A stretch of 64,000 nt of DNA from Octopus vulgaris (Eukaryota). A program made the translations under genes and the position numbers. This document shows, in pieces, positions 1 to 13,507 of this stretch (the first letter of the stretch is position 1; the number at the start of each line of letters is the position of its first letter). The stretch is from contig OX597824.1 of assembly GCA_951406725.2 (NCBI GenBank), forward strand, positions 86,676,001 through 86,740,000. The letters run 5' to 3'. The notes below the pieces were generated by a model. The model did not search any database and was not told the origin of the DNA. It was given only the letters and a program-made list of their open reading frames with translations.

Positions 1-1389
1 CAAACGAAATACTGCAAAGTATTTCACCCGGCGCGCTAACGTTTCAGCCAGCTCGCCGCCTTAAGTTCAGACCAGACAGAGTTGGCCTCTCACACCTACC
101 CTACAACATCGTTTTAAAAATACATAGCATGGAAAATGGACATTAAATGATGATGCTGATGAGAGAGTAGTTATATAACAAAAGTGGATGGTGACCTAAT
201 GGTTAGGGTATTGAGATTACAATCATCAAGTTGTGGGTTCAAACCTTTGATCAAGCAATGTTGTTTGTTCCTTCTCGAGCCATGCCTGGCTCATAAGGCC
301 CGGTTTCCTTGGCGTATAGGTTCCCCACCTGGACGGGATGCCGGTCCGTCGCAGGTGAGCTGCAAGATGCAGGAGGAAAGAGTGAGAGAAAGTCGTGGTG
401 AAAGAGTCAGCAGAAGTTTCGCCATTACCTTCTGTCAGAGCCGAGTGGAGCTTAGGTGTTTCACTCATAAACACACACATCGCCCAGTCTGAAATTTGAA
501 CCTACAATCCCTCAACCACGAGTCCGCTGCTCTAACCACTAGGCCATGTTGTTCCTTCTCAAGCCACACCTGGCTCTTAAGGGCCGGTTTCCCAGTTTCC
601 TTGGCGTATAGGTTCCCCACCTGGATGGGACGCTGGTCCATCGCAGGTGAGCTGCAAGATGCAGGAGGAAAGAGTGAGAGAAAGTTGTGGCGAAAGAGTC
701 AGCAGAGATTCGCCATTACCTTCTGCCGGAGCCACGTGGAGCTTAGGCGTTTCGCTCATAAACACACACATCACCCGGTCTGAGATTCGAACCCACGATC
801 CCTCGACCGCGAGTCCGCTGCTCTAACCACTAGGCCATGTGCCTCGACATTCTTGATCAAGCAATGCATTATATCCTTGAACAAGGCACTTCATTTCACA
901 CCGCTCCAGTACACTCAACTGAAAATGGGTTTCTGTAGCACACAGGGGTTAACTGTACAATGGACTGGCGTCCTTTTCAGGTGAAGTTGGTGGAGCAATT
1001 TGCATTTCATTCAAAAATATGGTTCTACATAAAAGAAAATTTTTTTAAATGCAAGTTCACTAACAGCTAGACACATGTCATTATTTGCTTCAGCAACACT
1101 TACTATGAAAGGAACTGAACTTCTCCAAACACTCTCACAATAATTTATGGTATGACTTCGTACTTTTGCATAGGATCTTCGCAATTACTCTTTTACTTGT
1201 TTCAGTCAGTTGACTGTGGCCATGCTGGAGTACCGCCTTTAGTCGAGCAAATCAACCCCAGGACTTATTCTTTGGAAGCCTGGTACTTATTCTATCAGTC
1301 TCTTTTGCTGAACCGCTAAGTTACAGGGACGTAAGCACACCAGCATCAGTTGTCAAGTAATGTTGGGGGAGACAAACACAGACACACAA

Positions 1390-1447
<58 letters not shown>

Positions 1448-2042
1448 GTATACAACGGGCTTCTTTCAGTTTCTGTCTACCAAATCTACTCACAAGGTTT
1501 TGGTTGGCCTAAGGCTATAGAAGGCACTTGTCCAAGGTGTCACGCAGTGGGACTGAACCCAGAACCATGTGGTTGTTAAGCAAGGTACTTACCACACAGC
1601 CACTCCTGCGCCTAGAGGAAAATCTAAATCATAATTTGATGTATTCCTACATTTCCTTGAGACATTAATGCCATAAGTTTTTGTTCAAGCAAAGAACTTA
1701 CTTTCTGACATAGCACATACCAAACATCTAAAAGAACAGGAAGAACGAGATTTTTATCTTACAGGGGATGGAATATAAACCAAAACCTAAACATTTAAAA
1801 CCCTTTAGCATTCACACTACTCTGTCAAATATAACGTCTGCTTTCCATGCTAGCATGGGTTGGACGATTTTGACTGAGGGCTGGCGAACCAGATGGCTGC
1901 ACCAGGCTCCAATCTGCCATTGTTTTGAATCAAACATGCACTATTTTTGTAGCTTCAAGAGTTCAACAACATCATTGTTAGGCATGAGAGACCAAACCTG
2001 GCCAGTTTGAATGTAAAATTGATGGAATGTTTGAGTGTAATA

Positions 2043-2515
2043 TCATCATCATCGTTTAACGTCCGTTTTCCGCGCTAGCATGGGTTGGACGGTTCGACCG
2101 GGGATCTGGGAAGTCAGGAGGCTGCACCAGGTTCCAGTCTGATCTGGCAGTGTTTCTACAGCTGGATGCCCTTCCTAACGCCAACCACTCCATGAGTGTA
2201 GTGGGTGCTTTTTACATACCACTGGCACAGGTGCCAGGGGAGTCTGGCAGCGGCCACGATCGGTTGGTGCTTTTAATGTGCCATCGGCACGGAAGCCAGT
2301 CGAGGCGGTACTGGCATCAGCCACGATCGGTTGGTGCTTTTTACATGCCACCAGCACAGAAGCCAGTCGAGGCGGCGCTGGTATCGGCCACATTCGGATG
2401 GTGCTTTTTATGTGCCACTGGCACAGGTATCACAACTACTATATCCATTGATATTTATTTCGATGTTCATGTGCTTGACTCAATAGGTCTCCTCAAGCAC
2501 AGCAGGTGGTTCTGA
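2043..2515 (-). mobile_element. SINE-like / non-autonomous retroelement family D with (GAT)n tail and internal GTGCCAC..GGCAC subrepeats
   Basis: Recurrent core GGAGTGGTTGGCGTTAGGAAGGGCATCCAGCTGTAGAAAC. Further copies near 4680-5080, 23060-23256, 24930-25293, 31000-31560, 38700-39123, 41575-41853, 43985-44391, 49428-49830, 51535-51802, 60483-60820. Confidence 0.8.
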
Positions 2516-2603
2516 GGAAAGGGTTGAAAGAAAAGTAAAGAAAAAACAATAATAAAGGAGAAAAAAAAAGAGTGTCTTTCTTAGATTTCTCTTCTTGACT
2601 CAC

Positions 2604-2752
2604 CAAGTATCCCACCACCAATGCTCCTTGCCTGAGAGTTCTGTATAGTTGATGGCTGTCTTCAGTTCCGAAATCAACCGAAACATCCGCCTTACGAAAT
2701 AGGGGTGGACAGTTCTATCATTTTCTCCAATTCTTGCTAACACTGGAATTCC
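2604..2752 (-). CDS. Hydrolase gene coding exon 7 (candidate catalytic Asp and His); gene continues beyond the window start
   Basis: GIPVLARIGENDRTVHP...YTELSGKEHWWWDT(W); TG|GTGAGT donor. No compatible downstream exon found in 1-2600. Confidence 0.88.
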
Positions 2753-3039
2753 CTTTTGATTGAAAAACAAAACAAGCCAATTAGTTAATTAATTAATTAA
2801 TGAAAAATATAACAATACATTTTCAAGAAAGAGATTATTTTGTTTAATTACAATAAATGATATTCAGTTTCTATCAAGGTTTGGAAATCTGCCTCCTTAC
2901 CATATGGTTTCAGGTTCAGTTCCACTGTGTGGCACCTTGGGCAAGTGACTTCTACTATAGATGAGCGAAGCCTTGTGAGTGGATTTGATACATAGAAACT
3001 GAAAGAAGTCCGTCTGTCTGTTCGTCCGTCCGTCCAAAA

Positions 3040-3410
3040 ATCACCTCCACCTTAGCAAAGGTGGAGTTATTGTTTACAGTTGTGTTTGTTTGTTGGTTTG
3101 TCCATGGACAAGATATCTCAAGAACTGCTGGATGGATTCGGATGAAACTTTCAGGGATGTTTGGTCCCATGACTGGCACAAACTGATAGATTTGGGGATT
3201 GATCCGGTACCAAATAAGGATTCTGGATTATTCTTCTGTTTTTTTTTTTTACTTAATTTTTGAGAGCGATGGGGTTCATTTTTAGTATTCTTGTTTGTGA
3301 GAGTAGTCGAGTTTATTTAAGATATTCTCATTTTAAAAACCATCTCTGGCTAATTGTTGAGAGGACATTTGTGTTGCTTTGGCAGAGGTTTGTGCTTTCT
3401 GAGTGCCCTT
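3040..3410. mobile_element. Probable Helentron-type non-autonomous element
   Basis: ACCTCCACC..GGTGGAG hairpin, (TTTG)n tract, and a distal GGCAGAGGT..GTGC....GAGTGC end; recognised by architecture only. Confidence 0.45.
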
Positions 3411-4131
3411 ACCATCATCATCATTTAACATCCCTTTTTCCACGCTTGCATGTGTCAGGCAAAATTTATTGAGGTAGATTTTCTACAGCTGGATGCTCTT
3501 CCTCTCACCAACCCTTGCCTATTTCCAAGTAAGACAATACTCCCTCATGATCAGACGTGTTTTCATGTAAGATTAGAAACGGACATCACTTGCCTAAAAG
3601 TGGCACTCAATTCCAACCAACATTTGAAGTCAAGGCAAGGAGATAGTAACACACATTACACACAAACAAATACACACACACACACACATATACATATATA
3701 CTATTCTGCCGAAAAAATGGATTTACAACTTCAATATCCATACATATCTTGTATCTATTTTCTTTCCTCCACCTCACTCTCTATTTTGTATCCTATCTAA
3801 ATTCACTATTACTTAACCATCCTCACACCGTCTCTGATGAAGGGATATAATTAAATATCCTAGAAACAGGTTTTCTAAAGAAATAGGTACTTCGTCTGCT
3901 GCGACGTTCTGAATTCAAATTCCGCCGAGGTCAACTTTGCCTTTCATCCTTTCGGGGTCGATTAAATAAGTACCAGTTATGCACTGGGGTTGATATAATC
4001 GACTTAATCCGTTTGTCTGTCCTTGTTTGTCCCCTCTGTGTGTAGCCCCTTGTGGGCAGTAAAAAAATATGTATATGCAGGCATAGTGGAAATAATAAGC
4101 AAATATATTGTGGAGTAGATTGAACAGTTAC

Positions 4132-4231
4132 CTTAAGGTTTGAAACATGTCTGTCAGCATCATTTTCTGCAATAGCAGCTTCCATTATTGCTTTGACAGA
4201 TGGATCTGTATGGCTTGCTGAAATATCATGT
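4132..4231 (-). CDS. Hydrolase gene coding exon 6
   Basis: TATTTCAG acceptor; (R)HDISASHTDPSVKAIMEAAIAENDADRHVSNLK; AAG|GTAACT donor; phases compatible on both sides. Confidence 0.88.
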
Positions 4232-5644
4232 CTGAAATATAAGATAGTACAATCATTTTTGGTTTTCTGCAAACAATTTAAAATTTACTGCAATTCAGAC
4301 GAGGTTTATGAGAAAAAGAAGCAACATTTTCTAATACTAATGAGTAAGCAATACAATGTAATTAAACAGGAGTAATTTGAATAAGCTCAAGTAATTACTG
4401 ATCAGGAGGTGCATGGCTTAGTGGTTAGAATGTTGAACTTATGATCATAAGATTGTAATTTCGATTCCTGGACCAGGCAATGCACTGTGTTCTTGAGCAA
4501 GACACTCCATTTCACATTGTTCCAGTACACTCAGCTTTAGGGTTCAATCTCACTGTATGGCATTTAGGGCAAGTGACTTCTATGATAGCACCAGGCCAAC
4601 CAATGCCCTGTGGGTTAATTTAGTAGATAGAAACTGTCATATATATGGAAGCCTGTCATATATATATATATATATATCATCATTATCATCATTGTTTAAC
4701 GTCTGCTTTTCATGCTGGCATGGGTTGGATGATTTGACTGACGATTGGCAAACCAGATGGCTGCACCAGGCTCCAGTCTGATCTGCCCTTCCTAACGCCA
4801 ACCACTCTAGGAGTGTAGTGGGTGCTTTTTACGTTCCACCGGCACAGGAGCCAGTCAGGCAGCACTGGCATTGACCACACTCGAATGGTGCTTTTTCCAT
4901 GCTACCAGCATGGGAGCCAGTCAGGCGGCACTGGCATCAACCATCCTTGTATGATGCTTTTTATGCGCCATAGGCATGGTAGCCGCTTAGACGGCACCAG
5001 TATCAACCACGCTCAAATGGTGCTTTTTACATGTCACCGGCACATGTGCCAGTCAGGTGGTACTGGCATTGGCCATGTCAACAATTTCATCATCATCATC
5101 ATTGTTGTCGTTTAACGTCCACTTTCCATGCTGGCATGGGTCGGATGGATTGACTGAGGGCTGGCAAACCAGAAGGCTGCAAGAGGCTTCAATCAGATCT
5201 GGAAGACATAAATGGAGCTGAAAATGCAGAGAGGGTACATATGAGGATTTATTTAGGAACAAGAATTTCGTAAATGGGTAATGTTAGTGTCATTTACAAC
5301 AGAGTGTAAGTGATTTGAGAGAAAAACTGGATATAAGAGGCATCAGATGTAGTGTGCAAGAGAGAAGGCTGTGCTGGTATGGCCATGTAATACATATAAA
5401 TGAAAACAGTTGCATCAAGAGGTGCCAATCTCTAATTGTGGAGGGACATGTGGCAGGGGGAGACCCAAGAAGACATGGGACAAAATGGTGAGAAAGGATC
5501 TTCAGATATTGGGCTTCACAGACAGGATGACAGGGGACTGAGACTTCAGGCGGTTTGCTGTGCTTGAGAAGAAATATCAAGCTATGTAAAATCATGGTTG
5601 TCCTTACACATAGGCATATCCTCTGGCATTGATCAATTGAAGAC

Positions 5645-6185
5645 ATGCGCTTCTACAGCACGACAGTGCCCCAGCACACACTGCTAATATGACCAAGTGC
5701 AAACTTGAGGAACTTGAGGGGCCGGAAGTATTACTTTACCCTGCCTGCAGTCCAGATCTTGCACCATCAGAATTCCACCGTTTCTGAGCCATGGCTTATT
5801 TCCTGCATGCCCGGAGGTTCAATAATGCGGACAAAGCTGAAAACAGGTGCAGGAAGTCAAGACTATTGAAAAGGTTGCAAGACGTAACGAAAATTTTAGG
5901 AAAATAAAAATTTTTTTAAAAAGTGGAAATTTTACTGGTGAGTGTGTTACATTATAAGGCACAAAAAGAAAATGACTCTCCCCAGACACAACAGAAGGTG
6001 CAGGGAGATTTTGCCTCTAAACCAGCCAAATGGTATAAGCATGGAACGAAGCTTCTGACACAACAATGGTAACAGACAATAGAATAGGATGGGACATATT
6101 TTGATGAATAAACAGTTTGTGTATGTGATTTGTTGGAACTATTAATTAAAGCTTAAATTATGAAATAACTTTTGACTCAATCTAA
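5645..6185 (+). mobile_element. Decayed mariner transposase 3' half, interrupted by another repeat (5857-5997)
   Basis: LLQHDSAPAH...PACSPDLAPSEFH motifs with stop codons. Confidence 0.75.
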
Positions 6186-6284
6186 CGCATACATATATAT
6201 GTGCCTGTGCCGGTGCCACATATAAAGCACCCGTGCTGGTGCCACATATAGAGCACCTGTGCTGGTGCCACATACACACACATA

Positions 6285-6306
6285 CAGATGGATAGATGGA
6301 TAGATG

Positions 6307-6337
<31 letters not shown>

Positions 6338-6418
6338 GGATAGATGGATAGATGGATGGATGGATGGATGGATGGATGGATGGATGGATGGATACAGATA
6401 GACAGACAGACAGTTAGA

Positions 6419-6450
<32 letters not shown>

Positions 6451-6517
6451 TAGATAGACAGATAGATAGATAGATAGAGACAGACAGACAGACAGACACA
6501 CACACACATATACACAC
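6285..6517. repeat. Compound tetranucleotide microsatellite (GATA/GATG/GACA)
   Basis: Directly visible. Confidence 0.95.
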
Positions 6518-6717
6518 AATAGACTTTCCTATAGTGTCTGTCTACCAAATTCACTCACAAGGCATTGGTCAGCCCAGGGCTATAATAGAAGACACTTAAC
6601 CATAGTGTTGTACAGAGGGACTGAACTCAAAACCAAGTGGTTACAAAGCAGTGTTCTTAACCACACAGCCATCTTTTTACTATGAACAAGATAAAAAAAA
6701 AAGTATCTGAAACAAAC

Positions 6718-6844
6718 CTGAAAAACAGATTACTGTCCCCATATTCTTCTTTCTTGATCCATCCTGCAAGGGAGACTACAGCTAGGGCACGGTCAGGAAA
6801 GTGAGTAGCAAGGTGCCATGCCCCATGACCACCCATTGAATGAC
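6718..6844 (-). CDS. Hydrolase gene coding exon 5 (nucleophile elbow)
   Basis: CTCTTCAG acceptor; GHSMGGHGAWHLATHFPDRALAVVSLAGW contains G-x-S-x-G; AG|GTTTGT donor. Confidence 0.92.
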
Positions 6845-7020
6845 CTGAAGAGCAATGAACAAGCATTATCAGTATTATTAACATGAGTAAAGTAGAAATA
6901 AGGATCAAATACATTACATTTATCCTGGTTTAACACTGATTTATTTGTCATTGATCTGAGATAACACGGTCTGCTCAATTGTGAACTATGCCAGTGTCAT
7001 GTAGAATTCCACATAAGGGG

Positions 7021-10000
7021 CACCTGTGCCATGCCACATATAAATACCTGTGCTGGTTCCACATACAAAGCACCTGTGCTGGTGCCACATACAAAGCACC
7101 TGTGCTGGTGCCACATACAAAGCACCTGTGCTGGTGCCACATATAAAGCACCTGTGCTGGTTCCACATATAAAGCACCTGTGCTGGTTCCACATACAAAG
7201 CACCTGTGCTGGTGCCACATACAAAGCACCTGTGCTGGTTCTACATATAAAGCACCTGTGCTGGTTCCACATATAAAGCACCTGTGCTGGTGCCACATAT
7301 AAAGCACCTGTGCTGGTGCCACATATAAAGCACCTGTGCTGGTACTACATACAAAGCACCTGTGCTGGTTCCACATATAAAGCACCTTTGCTGGTTCTAC
7401 ATATAAAGCACCTGTGCTGGTTCTACATATAAAGCACCTGTGCTGGTTCTACATATAAAACACCTGTGCTGGTGCCACATATAAAGCACCTGTGCTGGTT
7501 CAACATACAAACACCTGTGCTGGTGCCACATACAAAGCACCTGTGCTGGTGCCACATACAAAGCACCTGTGCTGGTTCCACATATAAAGCACCTGTGCTG
7601 GTTCTACATATAAAGCACCTGTGCTGGTTCTACATATAAAGCACCTGTGCTGGTTCTACATATAAAACACCTGTGCTGGTGCCACATACAAAGCACCTGT
7701 GCTGGTACTACATATAAAACACCTGTGCTGGTTCCACATATAAAGCACCTGTGCTGGTGCCACATATAAAGCACCTGTGCTGGTGCCACATATAAAGCAC
7801 CTGTGCTGGTACTACATATAAAACACCTGTGCTGGTGCCACATATAAAGCACCTGTGCTGGTTCTACATATAAAACACCTGTGCTGGTACTACATATAAA
7901 ACACCTGTGCTGGTTCCACATATAAAGCACCTGTGCTGGTGCCACATACAAAGCACCTGTGCTGGTACTACATATAAAACACCTGTGCTGGTTCCACATA
8001 TAAAGCACCTGTGCTGGTTCTACATATAAAACACCTGTGCTGGTACTACATATAAAACACCTGTGCTGGTTCCACATATAAAGCACCTGTGCTGGTGCCA
8101 CATATAAAGCACCTGTGCTGGTTCAACATACAAAGCACCTGTGCTGGTTCCACATATAAAGCACCTGTGCTGGTTCCACATATAAAGCACCTGTGCTGGT
8201 GCCACATATAAAGCACCTGTGCTGGTGCCACATATAAAGCACCTGTGCTGGTTCTACATATAAAACACCTGTGCTGGTACTACATATAAAACACCTGTGC
8301 TGGTTCCACATATAAAGCACCTGTGCTGGTGCCACATACAAAGCACCTGTGCTGGTTCTACATATAAAACACCTGTGCTGGTACTACATATAAAACACCT
8401 GTGCTGGTTCCACATATAAAGCACCTGTGCTGGTGCCACATATAAAGCACCTGTGCTGGTTCAACATACAAAGCACCTGTGCTGGTTCCACATATAAAGC
8501 ACCTGTGCTGGTTCCACATACAAAGCACCTGTGCTGGTGCCACATACAAAGCACCTGTGCTGGTTCCACATATAAAGCACCTGTGCTGGTTCTACATATA
8601 AAGCACCTGTGCTGGTTCTACATATAAAGCACCTGTGCTGGTTCTACATATAAAACACCTGTGCTGGTGCCACATATAAAGCACCTGTGCTGGTTCAACA
8701 TACAAACACCTGTGCTGGTGCCACATACAAAGCACCTGTGCTGGTGCCACATACAAAGCACCTGTGCTGGTTCCACATATAAAGCACCTGTGCTGGTTCT
8801 ACATATAAAGCACCTGTGCTGGTTCTACATATAAAACACCTGTGCTGGTGCCACATACAAAGCACCTGTGCTGGTACTACATATAAAACACCTGTGCTGG
8901 TTCCACATATAAAGCACCTGTGCTGGTTCCACATATAAAGCACCTGTGCTGGTGCCACATATAAAGCACCTGTGCTGGTACTACATATAAAACACCTGTG
9001 CTGGTGCCACATATAAAGCACCTGTGCTGGTTCTACATATAAAACACCTGTGCTGGTACTACATATAAAACACCTGTGCTGGTTCCACATATAAAGCACC
9101 TGTGCTGGTGCCACATACAAAGCACCTGTGCTGGTTCTACATATAAAACACCTGTGCTGGTACTACATATAAAACACCTGTGCTGGTTCCACATATAAAG
9201 CACCTGTGCTGGTGCCACATATAAAGCACCTGTGCTGGTTCAACATACAAACACCTGTGCTGGTGCCACATACAAAGCACCTGTGCTGGTGCCACATACA
9301 AAGCACCTGTGCTGGTTCCACATATAAAGCACCTGTGCTGGTTCCACATATAAAGCACCTGTGCTGGTTCTACATATAAAGCACCTGTGCTGGTTCTACA
9401 TATAAAGCACCTGTGCTGGTTCCACATATAAAGCACCTGTGCTGGTGACACATATAAAACACCTGTGCTGGTGCCACTTATAAAGCACCTGTGCTGGTTC
9501 CACATACAAAGCACCTGTGCTGGTTCCACATACAAAGCACCTGTGCTGGTTCCACATACAAAGCACCTGTGCTGGTGCCACATACAAAGCACCTGTGCTG
9601 GTTCCACATACAAAGCACCTGTGCTGGTTCCACATATAAAGCACCTGTGCTGGTTCCACATACAAAGCACCTGTGCTGGTTCCACATATAAAGCACCTGT
9701 GCTGGTTCCACATACAAAGCACCTGTGCTGGTTCCACATACAAAGCACCTGTGCTGGTGCCACATACAAAGCACCTGTGCTGGTTCTACATATAAAGCAC
9801 CTGTGCTGGTTCCACATATAAAGCACCTGTGCTGGTGACACATATAAAACACCTGTGCTGGTGCCACATATAAAGCACCTGTGCTGGTGCCACATACAAA
9901 GCACCTGTGCTGGTGCCACATACAAAGCACCTGTGCTGGTTCCACATACAAAGCACCTGTGCTGGTTCCACATACAAAGCACCTGTGCTGGTTCCACATA

Positions 10001-10710
10001 CAAAGCACCTGTGCTGGTTCCACATACAAAGCACCTGTGCTGGTTCCACATACAAAGCACCTGTGCTGGTGCCACATACAAAGCACCTGTGCTGGTGCCA
10101 CATATAAAGCACCTGTGCTGGTTCTACATATAAAGCACCTGTGCTAGTTCCACATATAAAGCACCTGTGCTGGTTCCACATATAAAGCACCTGTGCTGGT
10201 GCCACATATAAAGCACCTGTGCTGGTTCCACATATAAAGCACCTGTGCTAGTTCCACATATAAAGCACCTGTGCTAGTTCCACATATAAAGCACCTGTGC
10301 TGGTACTACATATAAAACACCTGTGCTGGTGCCACATATAAAGCACCTGTGCTGGTTCCACATATAAAGCACCTGTGCTGGTTCCACATATAAAGCACCT
10401 GCACTGGTTCCACATACAAAGCACCTGTGCTGGTTCCACATATAAAGCACCTGTGCTGGTTCCACATATAAAGCACCTGTACTGGTTCCACATACAAAGC
10501 ACCTGTGCCGGTGTCACATATAAAACACCTGTGCTGGTGCCACATACAAAGCACCTGTGCCGGTGTCACATATAAAACACCTGTGCTGATGCAACATATA
10601 AAGCACCTGTACTGGTTCCACATACAAAGCACCTGTGCCGGTGTCACATATAAAGCACCTGTGCTGGTGCCACATCTAAAGCACCTGTGCTGGTGTCACA
10701 TATAAAGCAT
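7021..10710. repeat. 26-bp minisatellite (about 140 units), consensus CACCTGTGCTGGTTCCACATATAAAG
   Basis: Directly visible tandem array; source of all the APAQV/HRCF pseudo-ORFs. Confidence 0.98.
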
Positions 10711-10794
10711 CTGAACCAGTACTATGTATATAGTGGTGCTTTAAATAAATATTGTATGTTTAATTCAGAAAATTATTTTAACATTGTAACATGC

Positions 10795-10925
10795 CTGAAA
10801 AAATTACATGGTCAGCTGCAACTTTGTTATCTATCCAATCTGCTGACTGAACAAGGATACGCAGTTTTTCAAGGGCTGTCATAGCAGTCAGAGCACCAGG
10901 CCCTTCCCAGTTGTGAGCTCCATGC
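10795..10925 (-). CDS. Hydrolase gene coding exon 4 (ends at a GC donor)
   Basis: TTTTCACAG acceptor; (R)HGAHNWEGPGALTAMTALEKL...DHVIFS(G). Phase 2 in and phase 1 out only if the AG|GCATGT donor is used. Confidence 0.85.
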
Positions 10926-12272
10926 CTGTGAAAATAAAAATAAAGATAAGTGTAAATATACATCATGGAGGCACGTGGCTTAGTGGTTAGGGTGTCAGCA
11001 TCATGACCGTAAGATTGTGGTTTCGATTCCTGGACCAGGCGACGCGTTGTGTTCTTGAGCAAAACACTTCATTTCACATTGCTCCAGTCCATTCAGCCGG
11101 CAAAAATGAGTAACACTGCGATGGACTGGTGTCCCGTCCAGCTGGGGAACACATATGCCATAGAAACCAGGAAACCGGGCCCATGAGCCTGGCTAGGCTT
11201 TAAAAGGGCACATTTATTTTTTTTATAATTATACATCATCATCATATTTTATATATAAATAAGGTACATAATAATCACTCATACATTCACATACTTCCCT
11301 TACACATACACACTTACATGAAGTTGAAACGCTGTTTGATATTTTTCACCATAGCATTTCCATCATCCCATTACCACTTTGCCATCACCCCTTCCTTCCT
11401 TATTCATCTATCACCCCCTTCCTTTCTCATTCATATGTCGTGATGGAGAAAGACACAAGCGTATTATTATAGTAAATATACAATACTAAACAACCCCACT
11501 ACCAATATTTGTAGTAGTAGTAGTAGTAGTAGTAATAATAATAATACATAAGAAGAGCACAATACAACACATAATAAAATACCTATTTCTTTACTACCCA
11601 CAAGGGGCTAAACATAGAGGGGACAAACAAGGACAGACAAATGGATTAAGTCGATTACATCGACCCCAGTGCGTAACTGGTACTTATTTTATTGACCCCG
11701 AAAGGATGAAAGGCAAAGTCGACCTCGGCGGAATTTGAACTCAGAACATAACGGCAGACGAAATACGGCTACGCATTTCGCCCGGCGTGCTAACGGTTCT
11801 GCCAGCTCGCTGCCTTTACCCATAATAAAATACCTATTTCTTTATTACCCACAAGGGGCTAAACACAGAGGGGACAAACAAGGACAGACATAGGTATTAA
11901 ATTCCTGACATTCTTATTTCTTTATTGCCCACAAGGGGCTAAACACAGAGGGGAGAAACAAGGACAGACAAAGGGATTAAGTCGATTACATCGACCCCAG
12001 TGCGGAACTGGTACTTAATTTATCGACCCCGAAAGGATGAAAGGCAAAGTCGACCTCGGCGGGATTTGAACTCAGAACGTAGCGGCAGACGAAATACTGT
12101 TAAGCATTTCGCCCGGCGCGCTGACGTTTCTGCCAGCTCGCCGCCTTATAATAATATAATACCGTCTGACTTGGTCTATTGAACTGTCAGTGCAACATAA
12201 AACCTGTACCCTATTATATGTCTTATTGTGTTGTTACCTTTGTGAAGAGTTGCATCCAAATAATATATTTAC

Positions 12273-13507
12273 CTTGTTGGTGCCAAAAGCCAGATTGTAT
12301 CAAATCCAAATTCAAAATCTTTTCCGACCATTCTTTTGTAACTGTCTGCCTGATTCTGTGCTGGCACCGAAGTTCCATGAAGAGTGAGAAGGACCGGGCA
12401 AAGCTTGGAGACACATTTAGTAATTGGTGCGATGGCAGCTCCTTGTTGGACAGAACCATCGTGATCAATGAATGAAAATAGAAAAGACTGATCAAGTTTC
12501 CGACACCGGAGATTTATGGGGGCAGATTCCATGCTGCCTTCTGATGTAGAAATTTCCAGAACCAAATCGATCCCTGTTGAATAACAGCCACTTGTGAGAC
12601 GCTTATGAGTAGAAGTGATGGAAATGATTAGTCCAAGAATTTGACCGGGAGCTATGTTCCGTTTGTCAACCAATTCCAAAGTGACTGGCTGACCGTAAGA
12701 TTGACTCTTGAGAGAAACTCCAATGTTCTTTAACCATTTGTTGCCCAGGAAATTAATCACGGGAATACTTAGATATTGACTGAACAGGTAACCATCGACC
12801 AGATCAGGTACCATTGTCGGAGAAAGTATATCAAAACTTGTACTGACTGTCTTGAAAACGCATTTAAAATTTGCGTTTACCTTTGCACGTAATTTTGCAT
12901 AAAGCGTATGTATTCCGCGTGTGAGGGTAATACTAAACATAAGCTGATCTCGATGATAGACATCTCCTACAATTGGAATTTTATCTACGTAGGCAGTAGT
13001 AAGTCCATGGCATTGAATAATAACTGTTTGTTCTTTTTCGTTGATAGCAAACTCACCAACAATCCAACCTTGCCATTCAGTGATGCCCATAGAACCAAGA
13101 GATCCAACCAAATCATTCCATTCTAATTCAGGAGAAATTCGGATCAAGGATTCTCCTAAATGTCGATAAACTTTCCATTTGACTTCCCCGTTAGGAACAA
13201 TTTCAGATAAATATTTATTATTTTTTTTCAAACGATATAATGAAACATTACGGATGCCACCATAGGCAGCCAAAGGATCTCCATCCAGTTCCATTTTCCC
13301 AATGACAAAAGGACCGATATAATACCATTCGTTGACAGAGAGACTATTTTTAGTAGACTGTTTTACAGCTTGTTTAAAACAAAAGTTTGCTTGTGTGGTC
13401 TGAGGTTGTGGTTTTTGCAAATAAAGATGGCCCAAAGCTGACCAGACGAAACCATCATTAGGGTTATTTTCCAAGAACTTTAAATAACAAAGGAAAGTAT
13501 TTTCACT
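12273..13507 (-). CDS. Hydrolase gene coding exon 3 (large exon; TPR-like motif, then start of the hydrolase domain)
   Basis: Contains the 401-aa ORF. TCTTCAG acceptor and AG|GTAAAT donor. TPR-like segment NPNDGFVWSALGHLY...ANFCFKQAV; PVLLTLHG motif typical of alpha/beta-hydrolases. Confidence 0.92.

Noticed and set aside
1690-1730. Possible next exon of the hydrolase gene (AG...GTAAGT on the minus strand)
   Set aside because: Joining it to the phase-2 TG of exon 7 creates TGA, and the sequence shows no protein-like continuation.
6975-10705. Many long Cys/His-rich ORFs (up to 314 aa), or a CRISPR-like array
   Set aside because: These are translations of a 26-bp tandem repeat. There are no unique spacers and no cas genes, and the context is a eukaryotic intron.
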